Source: an uncultured Gammaproteobacteria bacterium
GTDB taxonomy: Bacteria; Pseudomonadota; Gammaproteobacteria; JABCZS01
Direction: 5' to 3'
Assembly: GCA_963848305.1 (NCBI GenBank)
Contig: CAWKDC010000001.1
Span: forward strand, 96,001-160,000
Length of the DNA stretch: 64,000 bases
In this document: positions 43,522 to 53,352 of the stretch, piece by piece
Layout: the number at the start of each line of letters is the position of its first letter
Numbering within the stretch: position 1 is the first letter of the stretch
The notes under the pieces: generated by a model
What the model was told of the DNA's origin: nothing
The model's input: the letters and a program-made list of their open reading frames with translations, nothing else
The model's database searches: none
Translations under genes and position numbers: made by a program

Positions 43522-44211
43522 CGATTAACAGACGATAACGCTTTGATCAACCGCATGGGTTTTCCCAATAAAGGCGTTGATCACCTTGTACAGCGACTTT
43601 CAACGCTTAAGCAGCGCCCTGTCCTGGGTATTAATATTGGCAAAAATGCAGCAACCTCACTAGAGGATGCCATTCACGATTATACTCACTGTTTAACGCG
43701 TGTTTATCCATACGCTGATTACGTTGCAGTGAACCTGTCTTCCCCCAATACCCCAGGATTACGCGAACTTCAGGGAGGGCGTTATTTGCCTGGTCTTTTG
43801 TCCGCCCTCAAAGCAGAGCAGGCCAGATTGGCAGATCAAACAGGGCGCCATGTCCCATTGGTCGTTAAAATCTCACCTGACCTCGCAGACTCAGAGGTGG
43901 AGGATATCGCACATATGCTTTTAGAAGCCCGTATAGAGGGTGCAATAGCGACCAATACGACCTTGTCTCGTTCAGGGCTTCATAAATCACTTGATCAGGC
44001 AGGGGGATTGAGCGGGGCACCTTTATTTTCTGCCTCTACTCACGTATTATCTCTCTTGAAAAAGGCGGTTGGGGATAAAATCGCTCTCATAGGCGTCGGG
44101 GGAATCATGGGTTCACAGGATGCCCAAGCCAAGTATGCGGCCGGCGCAGATTTGATTCAGGTCTACACAGGGCTCATTTACCAGGGTCCAGGCATGGTCA
44201 AAACCCTCTAA
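43522..44211 (+). CDS. pyrD: Quinone-dependent dihydroorotate dehydrogenase, 5' part missing
   Basis: INRMGF, GINIGKN, NLSSPNTPGLR, VKISPDL, ATNTT, GGLSG, GVGGI. Confidence 0.95.
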   Translation, partial: RLTDDNALINRMGFPNKGVDHLVQRLSTLKQRPVLGINIGKNAATSLEDAIHDYTHCLTRVYPYADYVAVNLSSPNTPGLRELQGGRYLPGLLSALKAEQARLADQTGRHVPLVVKISPDLADSEVEDIAHMLLEARIEGAIATNTTLSRSGLHKSLDQAGGLSGAPLFSASTHVLSLLKKAVGDKIALIGVGGIMGSQDAQAKYAAGADLIQVYTGLIYQGPGMVKTL

Positions 44212-44481
44212 TCTTCCAGAATGTCTTTAAAGTTTGTGAGACATTGTCCATTTTGTGCCATCCTTTTAGCTAAAGTTGGCAATCTTCATTGATTTGAAAT
44301 TTTCAATATGTTAATTTGGCTCTATCGAAGTGCAATCATTTTGTAGGTTGTGAAAGGTTAAAGCTTACAAAATCAATGTGCTAGCGATGTTTGAGTCATT
44401 TTGATCGTAGTTTGCTTCTTAACTTGTGTTGGTTGCAGAATACTGTTAAAATACCCAGACCTGGCACTTAACGGTGCATGT

Positions 44482-44510
44482 AGGGTCTACTACCCTTGCG
44501 GGGGAGTAGA
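44482..44510. promoter_or_regulatory. Palindrome/hairpin upstream of the TetR gene (possible operator)
   Basis: AGGGT-CTACT-ACCCT overlapping an alternative stem TCTACT...AGTAGA. Confidence 0.4.
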
Positions 44511-44542
44511 GAGAGGTTTTACTTAGAAATAGGAAGTGTCAT

Positions 44543-45155
44543 ATGCCACGCAAAACAGACAAACGCCAACGCCTGATTCAGGCTGCCAAGAAACTCATCC
44601 GTAGACAAGGTTTTCACTTAACAACCTTGGCTGATATTGCTCAAGAGGCAGATGTGCCGTTGGGTAACGTTTATTATTACTTTAAGACCAAAGAAGCGAT
44701 TGGTGAAGCTGTGATTGCCGATATTTCACGCAGTTTGAATGAGTTGATCACCGCCTGGGACGAGAATGCTGATCCCCGCGATAGACTGTTTGCTTTTGTC
44801 CAAGAAGAAGTCTCCAATGTCGAAGAAACAGCCCGTTCCGGCTGTGCCATTGGTGGACTTTGCCAAGAATTGGCAAAACAGGGCGGTCGCATTGGCCGAC
44901 GCTGCTGCCAAATTGATGAGCGACACCATTGCTTGGGCGGCTAAGCAATTTCATTCCTTGGGTATGGGCGATGCCTCAGGTGACCTGGCCAACCAATTCT
45001 ACGGAATGGTTCAAGGGACAGCCTTGTTGACGAACACGTTTAAAGAGCCAAAGTTGATGATCAACTTGAGCCAATCTCTCCGTGTTTGGTTGGACAAGCA
45101 TGTTGCGAAAGGTAAGGCAACTGCACCTATGGCTATTAAAGAAGAAGTGGCTTAA
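44543..45155 (+). CDS. TetR/AcrR family regulator (LmrA/NemR-like); frameshift near 44885
   Basis: GFHLTTLADIAQEADVPLGNVYYYFKTKE; GCAIG; C-terminus continues in the ORF ending at 45155. Confidence 0.88.
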
Positions 45156-45175
45156 ACTCCCTTTTTCAATGTTAG

Positions 45176-45202
45176 AAAAAACGCGCTCAAGGCGCGTTTT
45201 TT
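45176..45202. terminator. Bidirectional rho-independent terminator
   Basis: AAAAAACGCGC-TCAAG-GCGCGTTTTTT between convergent genes. Confidence 0.85.
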
Positions 45203-45224
45203 CTTTTTCCATTTCTACCACTTG

Positions 45225-45479
45225 CTAAGGCCAATTATTAAATAGCTTTCTGGCAACCTCGTGTTGCGGTTGTTGGGGTACTGCGTGACTAAACAATAAT
45301 GGCTGAGCAGGCACCCAAACGGCAATATTCTCTATGTCATCATCGTCAACATCTTGGACGTGAAAACCTACTTTTCTGGGTGCACCTGGTACAACCAGCG
45401 TTCTTGCTGGTTGAGCAGGTGTTGATGGAACGTTGGCATTCATTGCTGCTAGCCCAGCGTTATTGTTCGGATTTATCAT
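45225..45479 (-). CDS. Small orphan protein (84 aa) with TP, PGAPRK and RKLF linear motifs
   Basis: Strong AAGGAG RBS 6 nt before ATG; terminator directly downstream. Confidence 0.75.
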   Translation of the reverse strand: MINPNNNAGLAAMNANVPSTPAQPARTLVVPGAPRKVGFHVQDVDDDDIENIAVWVPAQPLLFSHAVPQQPQHEVARKLFNNWP

Positions 45480-45604
45480 ACAAATCTCCTTACTGAAACA
45501 AAGTATTTACTGATACTACTAAGAAATGTTAGTTACTGCACCAATCATACCTTATGACTATAGTCAGGAGATCAGATTTATACAAGTCCAAAGGATAATT
45601 CTTT

Positions 45605-46087
45605 TTAATGATTCCTTTTATCCACTCTAGGTCGTTTAGCAGGCTTCTCTGGTCTGGAAGGACATGTTGGCTGAATGTATTTGGGTACAGGTGTGCTGAC
45701 AGCGAACTGAATCATATTCATGAGATCTTCTTTATGGCCTTCCAGATGAGGGGCATTGAAGATTTGAGCGATGGCATGCTTAATCAAGGCGTTGCTTATT
45801 CTTGGATTTGTTTTAACAGGTTCTAAACGCAATGGCGCGTTCTCAGCATCTACCAACATAGAACCTAAGGATAGCGTGCCTAACCCATTGACCATCAGAT
45901 GATTGATCAACGTAATTAATTGATTTCTGTATTCTTTTGAAACCTGCATGTCAAGATGGAGGCACTGGCTGTCATCTTGCCAGATACCAATTTCTTGATC
46001 GCCTTGAACATAGTTAACTTGTCGTGCGACACTGGGCGACTTCTCATCTGTTAACGTCAAATCGCCGATTTTGTCCCATTGTTTCAT
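45605..46087 (-). CDS. Orphan protein with C-terminal NLS-like basic motif
   Basis: GGGGG RBS before ATG at 46087; ends CPSRPEKPAKRPRVDKRNH. Confidence 0.7.
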   Translation of the reverse strand: MKQWDKIGDLTLTDEKSPSVARQVNYVQGDQEIGIWQDDSQCLHLDMQVSKEYRNQLITLINHLMVNGLGTLSLGSMLVDAENAPLRLEPVKTNPRISNALIKHAIAQIFNAPHLEGHKEDLMNMIQFAVSTPVPKYIQPTCPSRPEKPAKRPRVDKRNH

Positions 46088-46180
46088 ATTGACCCCCAAA
46101 CTGCTTAATAACCACTATAAAACTGATGGCTATCTTACCCTTCATTTTTTAATAAGTCAAATAAAAAATGTTAGGTAAAT

Positions 46181-46369
46181 TTATGCCAACGCCGTCTGTT
46201 TGAGGATGATTTGGATGACAAGGCCTAGACTTGCGATGAAAATGAGGATAAATATAACCCCTACAAGCACGTAAGGCCATAATTTTGTTTGAGAAAAGTC
46301 TTTATGGGCTGCATTTGCAGGGTGCACGCCGAGCATTGCACTCAAAACACTTTTAACGATATCCCACAT
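46181..46369 (-). CDS. DUF2970 family small membrane protein
   Basis: KSVLSAMLGV, KDF, then a TM helix. Confidence 0.75.
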   Translation of the reverse strand: MWDIVKSVLSAMLGVHPANAAHKDFSQTKLWPYVLVGVIFILIFIASLGLVIQIILKQTALA

Positions 46370-46371
46370 GA

Positions 46372-47144
46372 TTAGCGCTCCAATTGTCGTTCCATGTCAG
46401 TACGTACCCGAGACATCAAGGCATCCCGGCTGTTAGTGCCTGTCCCCATTCCTTGCGTATCAATCGGCTCCCCAACAGTGACGGTCACAGTTTTGCCAGC
46501 AGAGAAATCCCATGTCTTGGCAGGCAAAATATCATGGGTGCCATGGATGGTCATCGGGATAATGATGGCCTCGGCTTCAAGGGCCAATATGAAAATCCCC
46601 TTTTTGAAGGGAAGAAGTTCACCTGTGCGAGAACGGGTTCCTTCTGCAGCGGCCCAGATCACAATGCCACTTTCCATGAGTTTTTTCGCTGCTTGTAGAG
46701 CAGATAGGGCATGATGACGGTTTTGACGGTCGATTTTGATGTACTCATGCTTCGTGAGCGCCGCCAAAAAAGGGAATATCGAATAGTTCCTTTTTTGTGA
46801 TCATACGAATACTATAAGGAAGGGCCGCATACACGGCAGGGATATCAAAGTGGCTGGCATGGTTGGAAATGAGGATATAAGGGCGACCTGGGATCAGCGC
46901 GGGTGGTGTCCCTTTCACTTGCAAATGCGCGCCGACAGCGGCGAGCATTTGCTGCCCAAATTCCTTGGCAAGCGTATCAGTACGTTCGCGGTTATTGCGA
47001 CCGGCCATATTCATATAAATGCTTTTCACCAGCATTTTGCAAAATACAAAAAGCGAGGCAAGGGCAAGGTATGTGCGTGTTTGTTTAATCATATACGTAT
47101 AGTACCACAACAGATATGAGTAAATGCGACCATTTTGACGACAT
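46372..47144 (-). CDS. plsC: 1-acyl-sn-glycerol-3-phosphate acyltransferase; frameshift near 46760, start uncertain
   Basis: NHASHFD, KKELF, IDR, EGTRS, PFKKG motifs. Confidence 0.85.
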
Positions 47145-47145
47145 C

Positions 47146-49101
47146 TTAAAGCGCCTGAATCGGTTTCAGCAAGTTTTTCAAACGGGCGGTTTTCTGGCTC
47201 AGGCGATCCTCATAAATCATGCGGTAGATTAGCACGCTCTTCACGTATTCACGGGTTTCATAATAGGGAATATTTTCAATCCAAATATCAGGATCCATCG
47301 TCACATTCTTAGGGGGCAACCATTGGTAGACGCGGTGTGGGCCTGCATTGTATGCCGCTGTCGCAAGGATCATGTTCTGATCGAGCAGTTGATACAGCTC
47401 GTTCAAATACGCGGCGCCCAAATGAATGTTTTTGGTAGGTGAAAGTAATTGAGTCGGAGAAACTGCGGCTTCGCGTAATTTCCGTGACGTTTGTTTGGCA
47501 GTCATAGGCATGAGTTGCATGAGCCCCATGGCGCCAACAGGGGAGCGTGCATCCGGCATGAAAGCACTCTCGCGGCGCGTGATCGCAAAGACCCATGCGG
47601 GGCTCAGGCCTTGACGTTTGGCTTCATTCAGCACAATGTCTTTATAGACGACAGGAAAGCGGACTTTCGTGTTATTGCGGTTTTCGGCGCGTGAGAGTGT
47701 GAAAATAGCGCGATCAAACCAGCCCTGGTTATAGGCAATTTGTGCCGCTGTTTGCATGCCTGCTTCATTCATACGCGTAGTCACATAATCCCATTCGATC
47801 CGTGCGGCATCAATTTGTTTCAAACGATAAAACTCGAGGGCGCGTGCAATCCCGGGGTTTTGTTTCACTTTATTGATATCAACATCAGTGATTTTCGGCG
47901 TGGGAAGATTGAGCGGGTAGGGTGCATTGTAGAGATCACTGGCAAAAAAGCCTTGGAATAAACGTTCCTTGCTCACTGCTTCGAGATAGGGTTTCGCTGC
48001 AGCGGGATTTCCAAGCTTGATGAGTCCACGTGCATACCAATATTGCCAAGCAGAATCCTTTCGCATCGCGAGTGGCATATTTTGAATATAGGTGACCACG
48101 TTTTTCCAATTCCCATCCCATAAGGCGTGACGTACACGCCATTCATGAAGGTCCGTGGTGAAAGATTCAGGCTTGAGTTTGGCGTACCAGGTCGCCGCAT
48201 CAGGATCATGCTCAGTGGCCGCTTCCAAAGCGAATGCCCCATAAATGCGTTGTTTCTCTGTTTCAGTGAAGTAACCGGGTTGATTGATTTTGTTGAATGC
48301 TTTGACAGCTACATCGAGATCACGCCGCGCGAGCCTCGTCAACCCATAAACTTGAATGTTGCGCAGCGAGGCTTGGCCTTGATTGAATAAACGTGTTGAT
48401 GTCACGAGTTGTGGATCACGCGCGACACTGAGCCATGTATTGACATAAGGTTGTTCATTTGCAGGCAAGTATTTTCGCAAATGACTGGCGAGACCATATT
48501 GTTTCGCATCTATGGCCAGTTGAATCCGCTGCCACACGAGTGGCTGCGTGAGCCGTCCTGCCTTGATCCAGGTTGCCATAGGACCATTGCACGTGTCAGG
48601 CCGTGATTGTCCGTACAGCCAAATGTCTTTCACATCATTCAGGGCAGTCATGTCTTTGTTTCGTAAACGCACCGCGAGTGCCGTGCATTGCAATTCAACA
48701 TTACCCATGTCACGGTATTCAGCCAAAAAAAGTTTATCATTGGCAGGTTTGTTTTCTTTTTCCAGCTTCGTTAGCCAGAACTCTCGTAATCTCTTTTCGA
48801 GCAGTGTGCCCTTTTGTTCAGCCAGAAATGTATCAATTTCTGTTTGGTTGACTTTTTTTTGAGTGATATCTAATTTGAGCTTTTCAAATTCTAAGTAATC
48901 GTAGAGAGGATAACCCGTTTTCTCAAGACGATCTTTCAGTGTGTAAAACGTGCTGATCTTGCCACTACGCAAAGCTGAAAACGCATCTTTATAAAGTTTA
49001 TTCTGAGCGTCAATGTTCGACCCTGTGAACGAGGCGATAGGCAAAAGCAGCACAGATAGGATGCAGCATAAACGAAAAACAAATCGAACAGACATTGACA
49101 C
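47146..49101 (-). CDS. slt: Soluble lytic murein transglycosylase (Slt70-like)
   Basis: WQYWYAR, RRESAF, GAMGLMQLMP, AAYNAGP, IPYYETREYVK. Confidence 0.93.
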   Translation of the reverse strand: MSMSVRFVFRLCCILSVLLLPIASFTGSNIDAQNKLYKDAFSALRSGKISTFYTLKDRLEKTGYPLYDYLEFEKLKLDITQKKVNQTEIDTFLAEQKGTLLEKRLREFWLTKLEKENKPANDKLFLAEYRDMGNVELQCTALAVRLRNKDMTALNDVKDIWLYGQSRPDTCNGPMATWIKAGRLTQPLVWQRIQLAIDAKQYGLASHLRKYLPANEQPYVNTWLSVARDPQLVTSTRLFNQGQASLRNIQVYGLTRLARRDLDVAVKAFNKINQPGYFTETEKQRIYGAFALEAATEHDPDAATWYAKLKPESFTTDLHEWRVRHALWDGNWKNVVTYIQNMPLAMRKDSAWQYWYARGLIKLGNPAAAKPYLEAVSKERLFQGFFASDLYNAPYPLNLPTPKITDVDINKVKQNPGIARALEFYRLKQIDAARIEWDYVTTRMNEAGMQTAAQIAYNQGWFDRAIFTLSRAENRNNTKVRFPVVYKDIVLNEAKRQGLSPAWVFAITRRESAFMPDARSPVGAMGLMQLMPMTAKQTSRKLREAAVSPTQLLSPTKNIHLGAAYLNELYQLLDQNMILATAAYNAGPHRVYQWLPPKNVTMDPDIWIENIPYYETREYVKSVLIYRMIYEDRLSQKTARLKNLLKPIQAL

Positions 49102-49166
49102 AGGAGCCCCACTGAAAATATGGTCACACTACTAGGATACACGTATTGTATGATAGTGTGGTCTGA

Positions 49167-49448
49167 TTAATGTATCAAGCCCCAAACGTCTTCTTCGTCT
49201 TGAATAATAGTTGGGTCTGATTCATCCACTTCATTTGCTTCAATTTCATAGGGAGCCGACCAGTCTTCAGGTTCAGGAATTTCATCCAGCTGTAATAAAT
49301 GCCAGCTGTCCATGTCATATTCACTGACTGCGCCATCGACATATTGTACTTCGATGTCTGCATTGTCTTGATCGAGTGCCACAACCTCGAACATTTCACC
49401 TGAATCATTATTGAGGTACCAGGAGCCTATTTCTGGATATGCAAGCAT
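49167..49448 (-). CDS. Small acidic conserved protein (DUF6763-like)
   Basis: PEIGSWY, FEVVA, IEVQYVDG, PEDWS; GGAGG RBS. Confidence 0.65.
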   Translation of the reverse strand: MLAYPEIGSWYLNNDSGEMFEVVALDQDNADIEVQYVDGAVSEYDMDSWHLLQLDEIPEPEDWSAPYEIEANEVDESDPTIIQDEEDVWGLIH

Positions 49449-49646
49449 GATAACCTCCAACTGATATCCAACTAACTTCTACCTTAAATATAGCACAAAT
49501 TTGAGATTGCTCCATCTTTGCAACCTGTTGAAAAACTGAACAGTTTACAAATTCATGTGCTTTTTTGAGGATTTCAAGCGCTTCAACCTTGACCTGGTGC
49601 CATTAGTGTGCGATAACACACAGTAACTTTTGATAAGGATTGAATC

Positions 49647-52034
49647 ATGGACTTGCTGCTATGGATTGTGGCGCTTATCGCCGTCCTGGGGTTGGGATTT
49701 TCTGGCGCATCCTCGTGGGTATGGACAGGCACATCCGGCGCTGTTTTATGCTTACTGACCGTCAATAATGTCTTATCATGGCCACTTCTGATCTTTTTCT
49801 GGCCAATCTGGGTCGTGACTGTGTTGTTTTGTCACGTGTCTGCATGGCGTGTTCGTTTTTTCACGAAGCCCATTGCGCGTTTTGTTAAAAAACAATTGCC
49901 CCCCATTTCTGATACAGAGCAAGCAGCGATTGATGCAGGAGATATTTGGTGGGATGCCGCTTTGATGCGGGGGACGCAATCATGGGACGATATTGCTGCA
50001 TTTGATGTGCAAAAACTCACCATTGAAGAATTGGCATTTCTCAATCAACAAGTCGATGCGTTGTGTAAACTTGTGGACAAATGGATGCAAGACAATTCAC
50101 GTCAACATAGTGAAGCTGTCTGGGCGTACATTAAAAGAGAAAAATTTTTCAGCATGATCATCCCTAAGCAATATGGTGGATTGGGATTTTCTGCGTATGC
50201 GCAATCATGCATATTAAGTAAAATTGCGACCAAAGATATCAGCACAGCAGTCACTGTCATGGTTCCCAATTCATTAGGTCCCGCGGAATTATTGCTACAT
50301 TATGGAACGCCAGAGCAACAATCCTTTTATTTGCCTCGTCTAGCAGATGGCACGGACATCCCATGTTTTGCATTAACATCACCCGATGCTGGCAGTGATG
50401 CGGGTGGTATGATCGATCAAGGGATTATCATGGAAGGCATGCACGAAGGGAAAACAGTCCTGGGCATTTCATTGACCTTCAATAAGCGTTATATCACGCT
50501 CGCTCCTGTTGCAACAGTGGTTGGTTTGGCGTTTAAATGTTTCGATCCCAAACATCTCATCGGTGATCGTGTTGAATGCGGCATCACTGTCTGTTTATTG
50601 CCTTCTTCACATCCAGGCTTAATGATAGGCGATCGACATTATCCGATTGGCGGTGCTTTTCCCAATGGCAGCGTACAGGGTAAAGAGGTTTTTATTCCTA
50701 TTGATTGGGTTGTGGGTGGACAAGCGTTTGTGGGCCAAGGCTGGCGTATGCTCATGGAATGTTTGGCTGCAGGACGAGGCATTTCATTGCCAGCATTGGC
50801 CAGTGCGAGTGCGAAATTGGCTGATTTGTCGACAGCTTGTTATGGTCGAGTGCGGCAGCAATTCAGAGTTTCTATCGGCGCTTTTGAAGGGATTCAATCA
50901 GGCATGGCAGAGATAGGCGGTATTGCTTATTTGCTTGAAGCCATGCGCACAATCACATCCAGTGCGATTTCATCAGGGATCAAGCCCGCTGTTGTCTCCG
51001 CCATTGCTAAATATCACATGACAGAACTTGCCCGTGTTGCGATGACGCATGCGATGGATATTCATGCAGGTAAAGGGATCATGCTTGGACCAAAAAATTA
51101 TTTAGCCAATACGTACGTGAGCATGCCTGTCGCCATCACGGTAGAAGGCGCAAATATTTTAACCAGAAATTTAATTATTTTTGGACAAGGGGCGATACGA
51201 TGCCATCTTTATTTATTGAAAGAAATGAATATGGCTGCAGCACCTGTGCTCGATGTGAAAGCATTTGATCGCGTGTTACGTGATCATGTGCATTTCGGTA
51301 TTGAGCGTTTTTTCAAAACGTTAGTATTGGGATTGCTTGCAGGACATGGATCGCACACATCATCGAAGTTAGGATTTAAAAAAACGCAGCAAGCTGTTTC
51401 TCGTATGAGTGATGCACTGGCTTTTGTCTCAGACATCACATTCCTATTGTTAGGTGGTCAATTAAAGCGAAAAGAATATTTGTCGGCAAGGCTGGGAGAT
51501 GTGCTGAGTTATTTATACATGACAACCTGCGTGATCAAGTATGCATCAACCATTGAGAATGACTCCCCGAAAGCGGCTACATTTGCAATGGCGTATTGTT
51601 TAAATAAAATTCAAATGGCATTTGACGCTTTTTTTGATAACTTCCCCATCAAATGGATTGGCAAGTTATTGAGGTTTATTGTCTTTCCATTCGGACGATC
51701 TTATCGCTATCCTTCTGATCAACTCTCCAGTGAACTCGCGAAAGAGATGATGGGCTCATCATTTAAGGAACCCATGTGGGAATCATTTTATGTTGGTGAC
51801 GATCACGATAATTTAGGCGTCGTCAGGGCTGCAGCCGAATTGGATGCTGCAATGCATGAGCAAATTCGAGCTGTACGCCATCTGCGTCTTGACAGTGTAT
51901 TGCCACAAACTTTTCGAGACAAATTAGCAGCGGCAGTTGAAGCGGGCACAGTGAGTGAATCAGATCATCAGCATTTATTACGTTATTGCGACCTGGTTGA
52001 AAAATCAATCGCTGTAGATACTTTTTCAACTTAG
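49647..52034 (+). CDS. fadE: Acyl-CoA dehydrogenase (long FadE type)
   Basis: LPPISDTE, VPNSLGP, PCFALT.P.AGSDA, KRYITLAP, ITVEGANILTR. Confidence 0.93.
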   Translation: MDLLLWIVALIAVLGLGFSGASSWVWTGTSGAVLCLLTVNNVLSWPLLIFFWPIWVVTVLFCHVSAWRVRFFTKPIARFVKKQLPPISDTEQAAIDAGDIWWDAALMRGTQSWDDIAAFDVQKLTIEELAFLNQQVDALCKLVDKWMQDNSRQHSEAVWAYIKREKFFSMIIPKQYGGLGFSAYAQSCILSKIATKDISTAVTVMVPNSLGPAELLLHYGTPEQQSFYLPRLADGTDIPCFALTSPDAGSDAGGMIDQGIIMEGMHEGKTVLGISLTFNKRYITLAPVATVVGLAFKCFDPKHLIGDRVECGITVCLLPSSHPGLMIGDRHYPIGGAFPNGSVQGKEVFIPIDWVVGGQAFVGQGWRMLMECLAAGRGISLPALASASAKLADLSTACYGRVRQQFRVSIGAFEGIQSGMAEIGGIAYLLEAMRTITSSAISSGIKPAVVSAIAKYHMTELARVAMTHAMDIHAGKGIMLGPKNYLANTYVSMPVAITVEGANILTRNLIIFGQGAIRCHLYLLKEMNMAAAPVLDVKAFDRVLRDHVHFGIERFFKTLVLGLLAGHGSHTSSKLGFKKTQQAVSRMSDALAFVSDITFLLLGGQLKRKEYLSARLGDVLSYLYMTTCVIKYASTIENDSPKAATFAMAYCLNKIQMAFDAFFDNFPIKWIGKLLRFIVFPFGRSYRYPSDQLSSELAKEMMGSSFKEPMWESFYVGDDHDNLGVVRAAAELDAAMHEQIRAVRHLRLDSVLPQTFRDKLAAAVEAGTVSESDHQHLLRYCDLVEKSIAVDTFST

Positions 52035-52054
52035 CATTGATTGAGGAGTCAATT

Positions 52055-53350
52055 ATGTTTTCCAAGCGAGATGTGTATATTGTCGATGGAGCGAGAACCC
52101 CTTTTTTAAAAGCAAAGACTGCGCCGAATCCCTTCTCAAGTTGTGATTTGGCGGTAGCTGCAGGGCAAGCATTGTTGATGCGTCAGCCATTTTCACCTCA
52201 TCATATTGATCAGGTGATAGTCGGTTCAACCATTCCTAATCCTGATGAAACCAATATTGGGCGCATGGTTGCACTGCGGGTGGGCTGTGGAGACAGTGTG
52301 CCAGGTATGACAGTGATGCGTAATTGTGCTTCTGGGTTGCAGGCATTGGATACAGCGGCTTGTCAAATCATGTTAGGTAAAAGCAACCTCGTTTTAGCAG
52401 GCGGTACAGATGCCATGAGCCAGGCTCCGTTGCTGCTGAATGAAGAAATGACGCGTTGGTTGTCCTATTTTTTTGCGGCTAAATCACCTGTTGAAAAATT
52501 AAAATTGATCACACAGTTGCGTCCACGCTATTTTGCGCCCGTGATCTCCATTTTGAGAGGGCTGTCAGATCCAGTCGTTGGGATTTCTATGGGACAAACA
52601 GCCGAAAATGTGGCTTTTGAATTTAATATTGATCGACTGGCGATGGATGAATATTCACTGCAAAGTCATCAGCGTACAGCGAAAGCGCAAGATGAGATGA
52701 TGTTTCCTGAAATCGTGCCCATTTGTGATAGCCGTGGGAAGACATATACGTTTGATGATGGTGTTCGACGTGATAGCTCGTTGGAAAAGCTTGGTAAATT
52801 AAAACCTTATTTTGACAAAAAATATGGGCAGATCACCGCAGGTAATAGTTCTCAGATTACTGACGGCGCTGCCATGTTAATTCTGGCAAGCAAAGAGGCT
52901 GTTCAAGAGTATCAATTACCCGTCATGGCAAGAATAGTCGATTGTCAATGGTCTGCGTTAAGTCCCGCATACATGGGTCTCGGCCCTGCTTATGCCATTG
53001 CGGCCTTATTACAAAAGCAAAAGCTGGCACTTAAAGATATCGATTATTTTGAAATCAATGAAGCTTTCGCAGCGCAAGTCATTGGCTGCGTTCTTGCATT
53101 AGACAGTGACACCTATTGTCGTGAAAAATTAGGCTTGCCTGGTGCGTTAGGACTGATCGATCCACTTCGTATGAATATTCATGGTGGGGCGATTGCCGTT
53201 GGTCATCCGGTCGGTGCAAGTGGTGCACGCCTTGCGTTGCACATGGCTCATATCTTGAAACGACAAAAAGCCAAGTACGGTATTGCGAGTTTGTGCATTG
53301 GGGGAGGCCAAGGTGGCGCCATGCTGATTGAATCAGTGGAAGGAGTATAA
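52055..53350 (+). CDS. Acetyl-CoA C-acyltransferase (FadI/YfcY-like thiolase)
   Basis: NCASG, NEAFA, GHPVGASG, CIGGGQG; insertion typical of the FadI type. Confidence 0.92.
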   Translation: MFSKRDVYIVDGARTPFLKAKTAPNPFSSCDLAVAAGQALLMRQPFSPHHIDQVIVGSTIPNPDETNIGRMVALRVGCGDSVPGMTVMRNCASGLQALDTAACQIMLGKSNLVLAGGTDAMSQAPLLLNEEMTRWLSYFFAAKSPVEKLKLITQLRPRYFAPVISILRGLSDPVVGISMGQTAENVAFEFNIDRLAMDEYSLQSHQRTAKAQDEMMFPEIVPICDSRGKTYTFDDGVRRDSSLEKLGKLKPYFDKKYGQITAGNSSQITDGAAMLILASKEAVQEYQLPVMARIVDCQWSALSPAYMGLGPAYAIAALLQKQKLALKDIDYFEINEAFAAQVIGCVLALDSDTYCREKLGLPGALGLIDPLRMNIHGGAIAVGHPVGASGARLALHMAHILKRQKAKYGIASLCIGGGQGGAMLIESVEGV

Positions 53351-53352
53351 AG

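Noticed and set aside
43405-44211. Novel N-terminally extended PyrD or TonB-PyrD fusion
   Set aside because: The first ~39 codons are an off-frame read of the TonB gene across the chimeric junction
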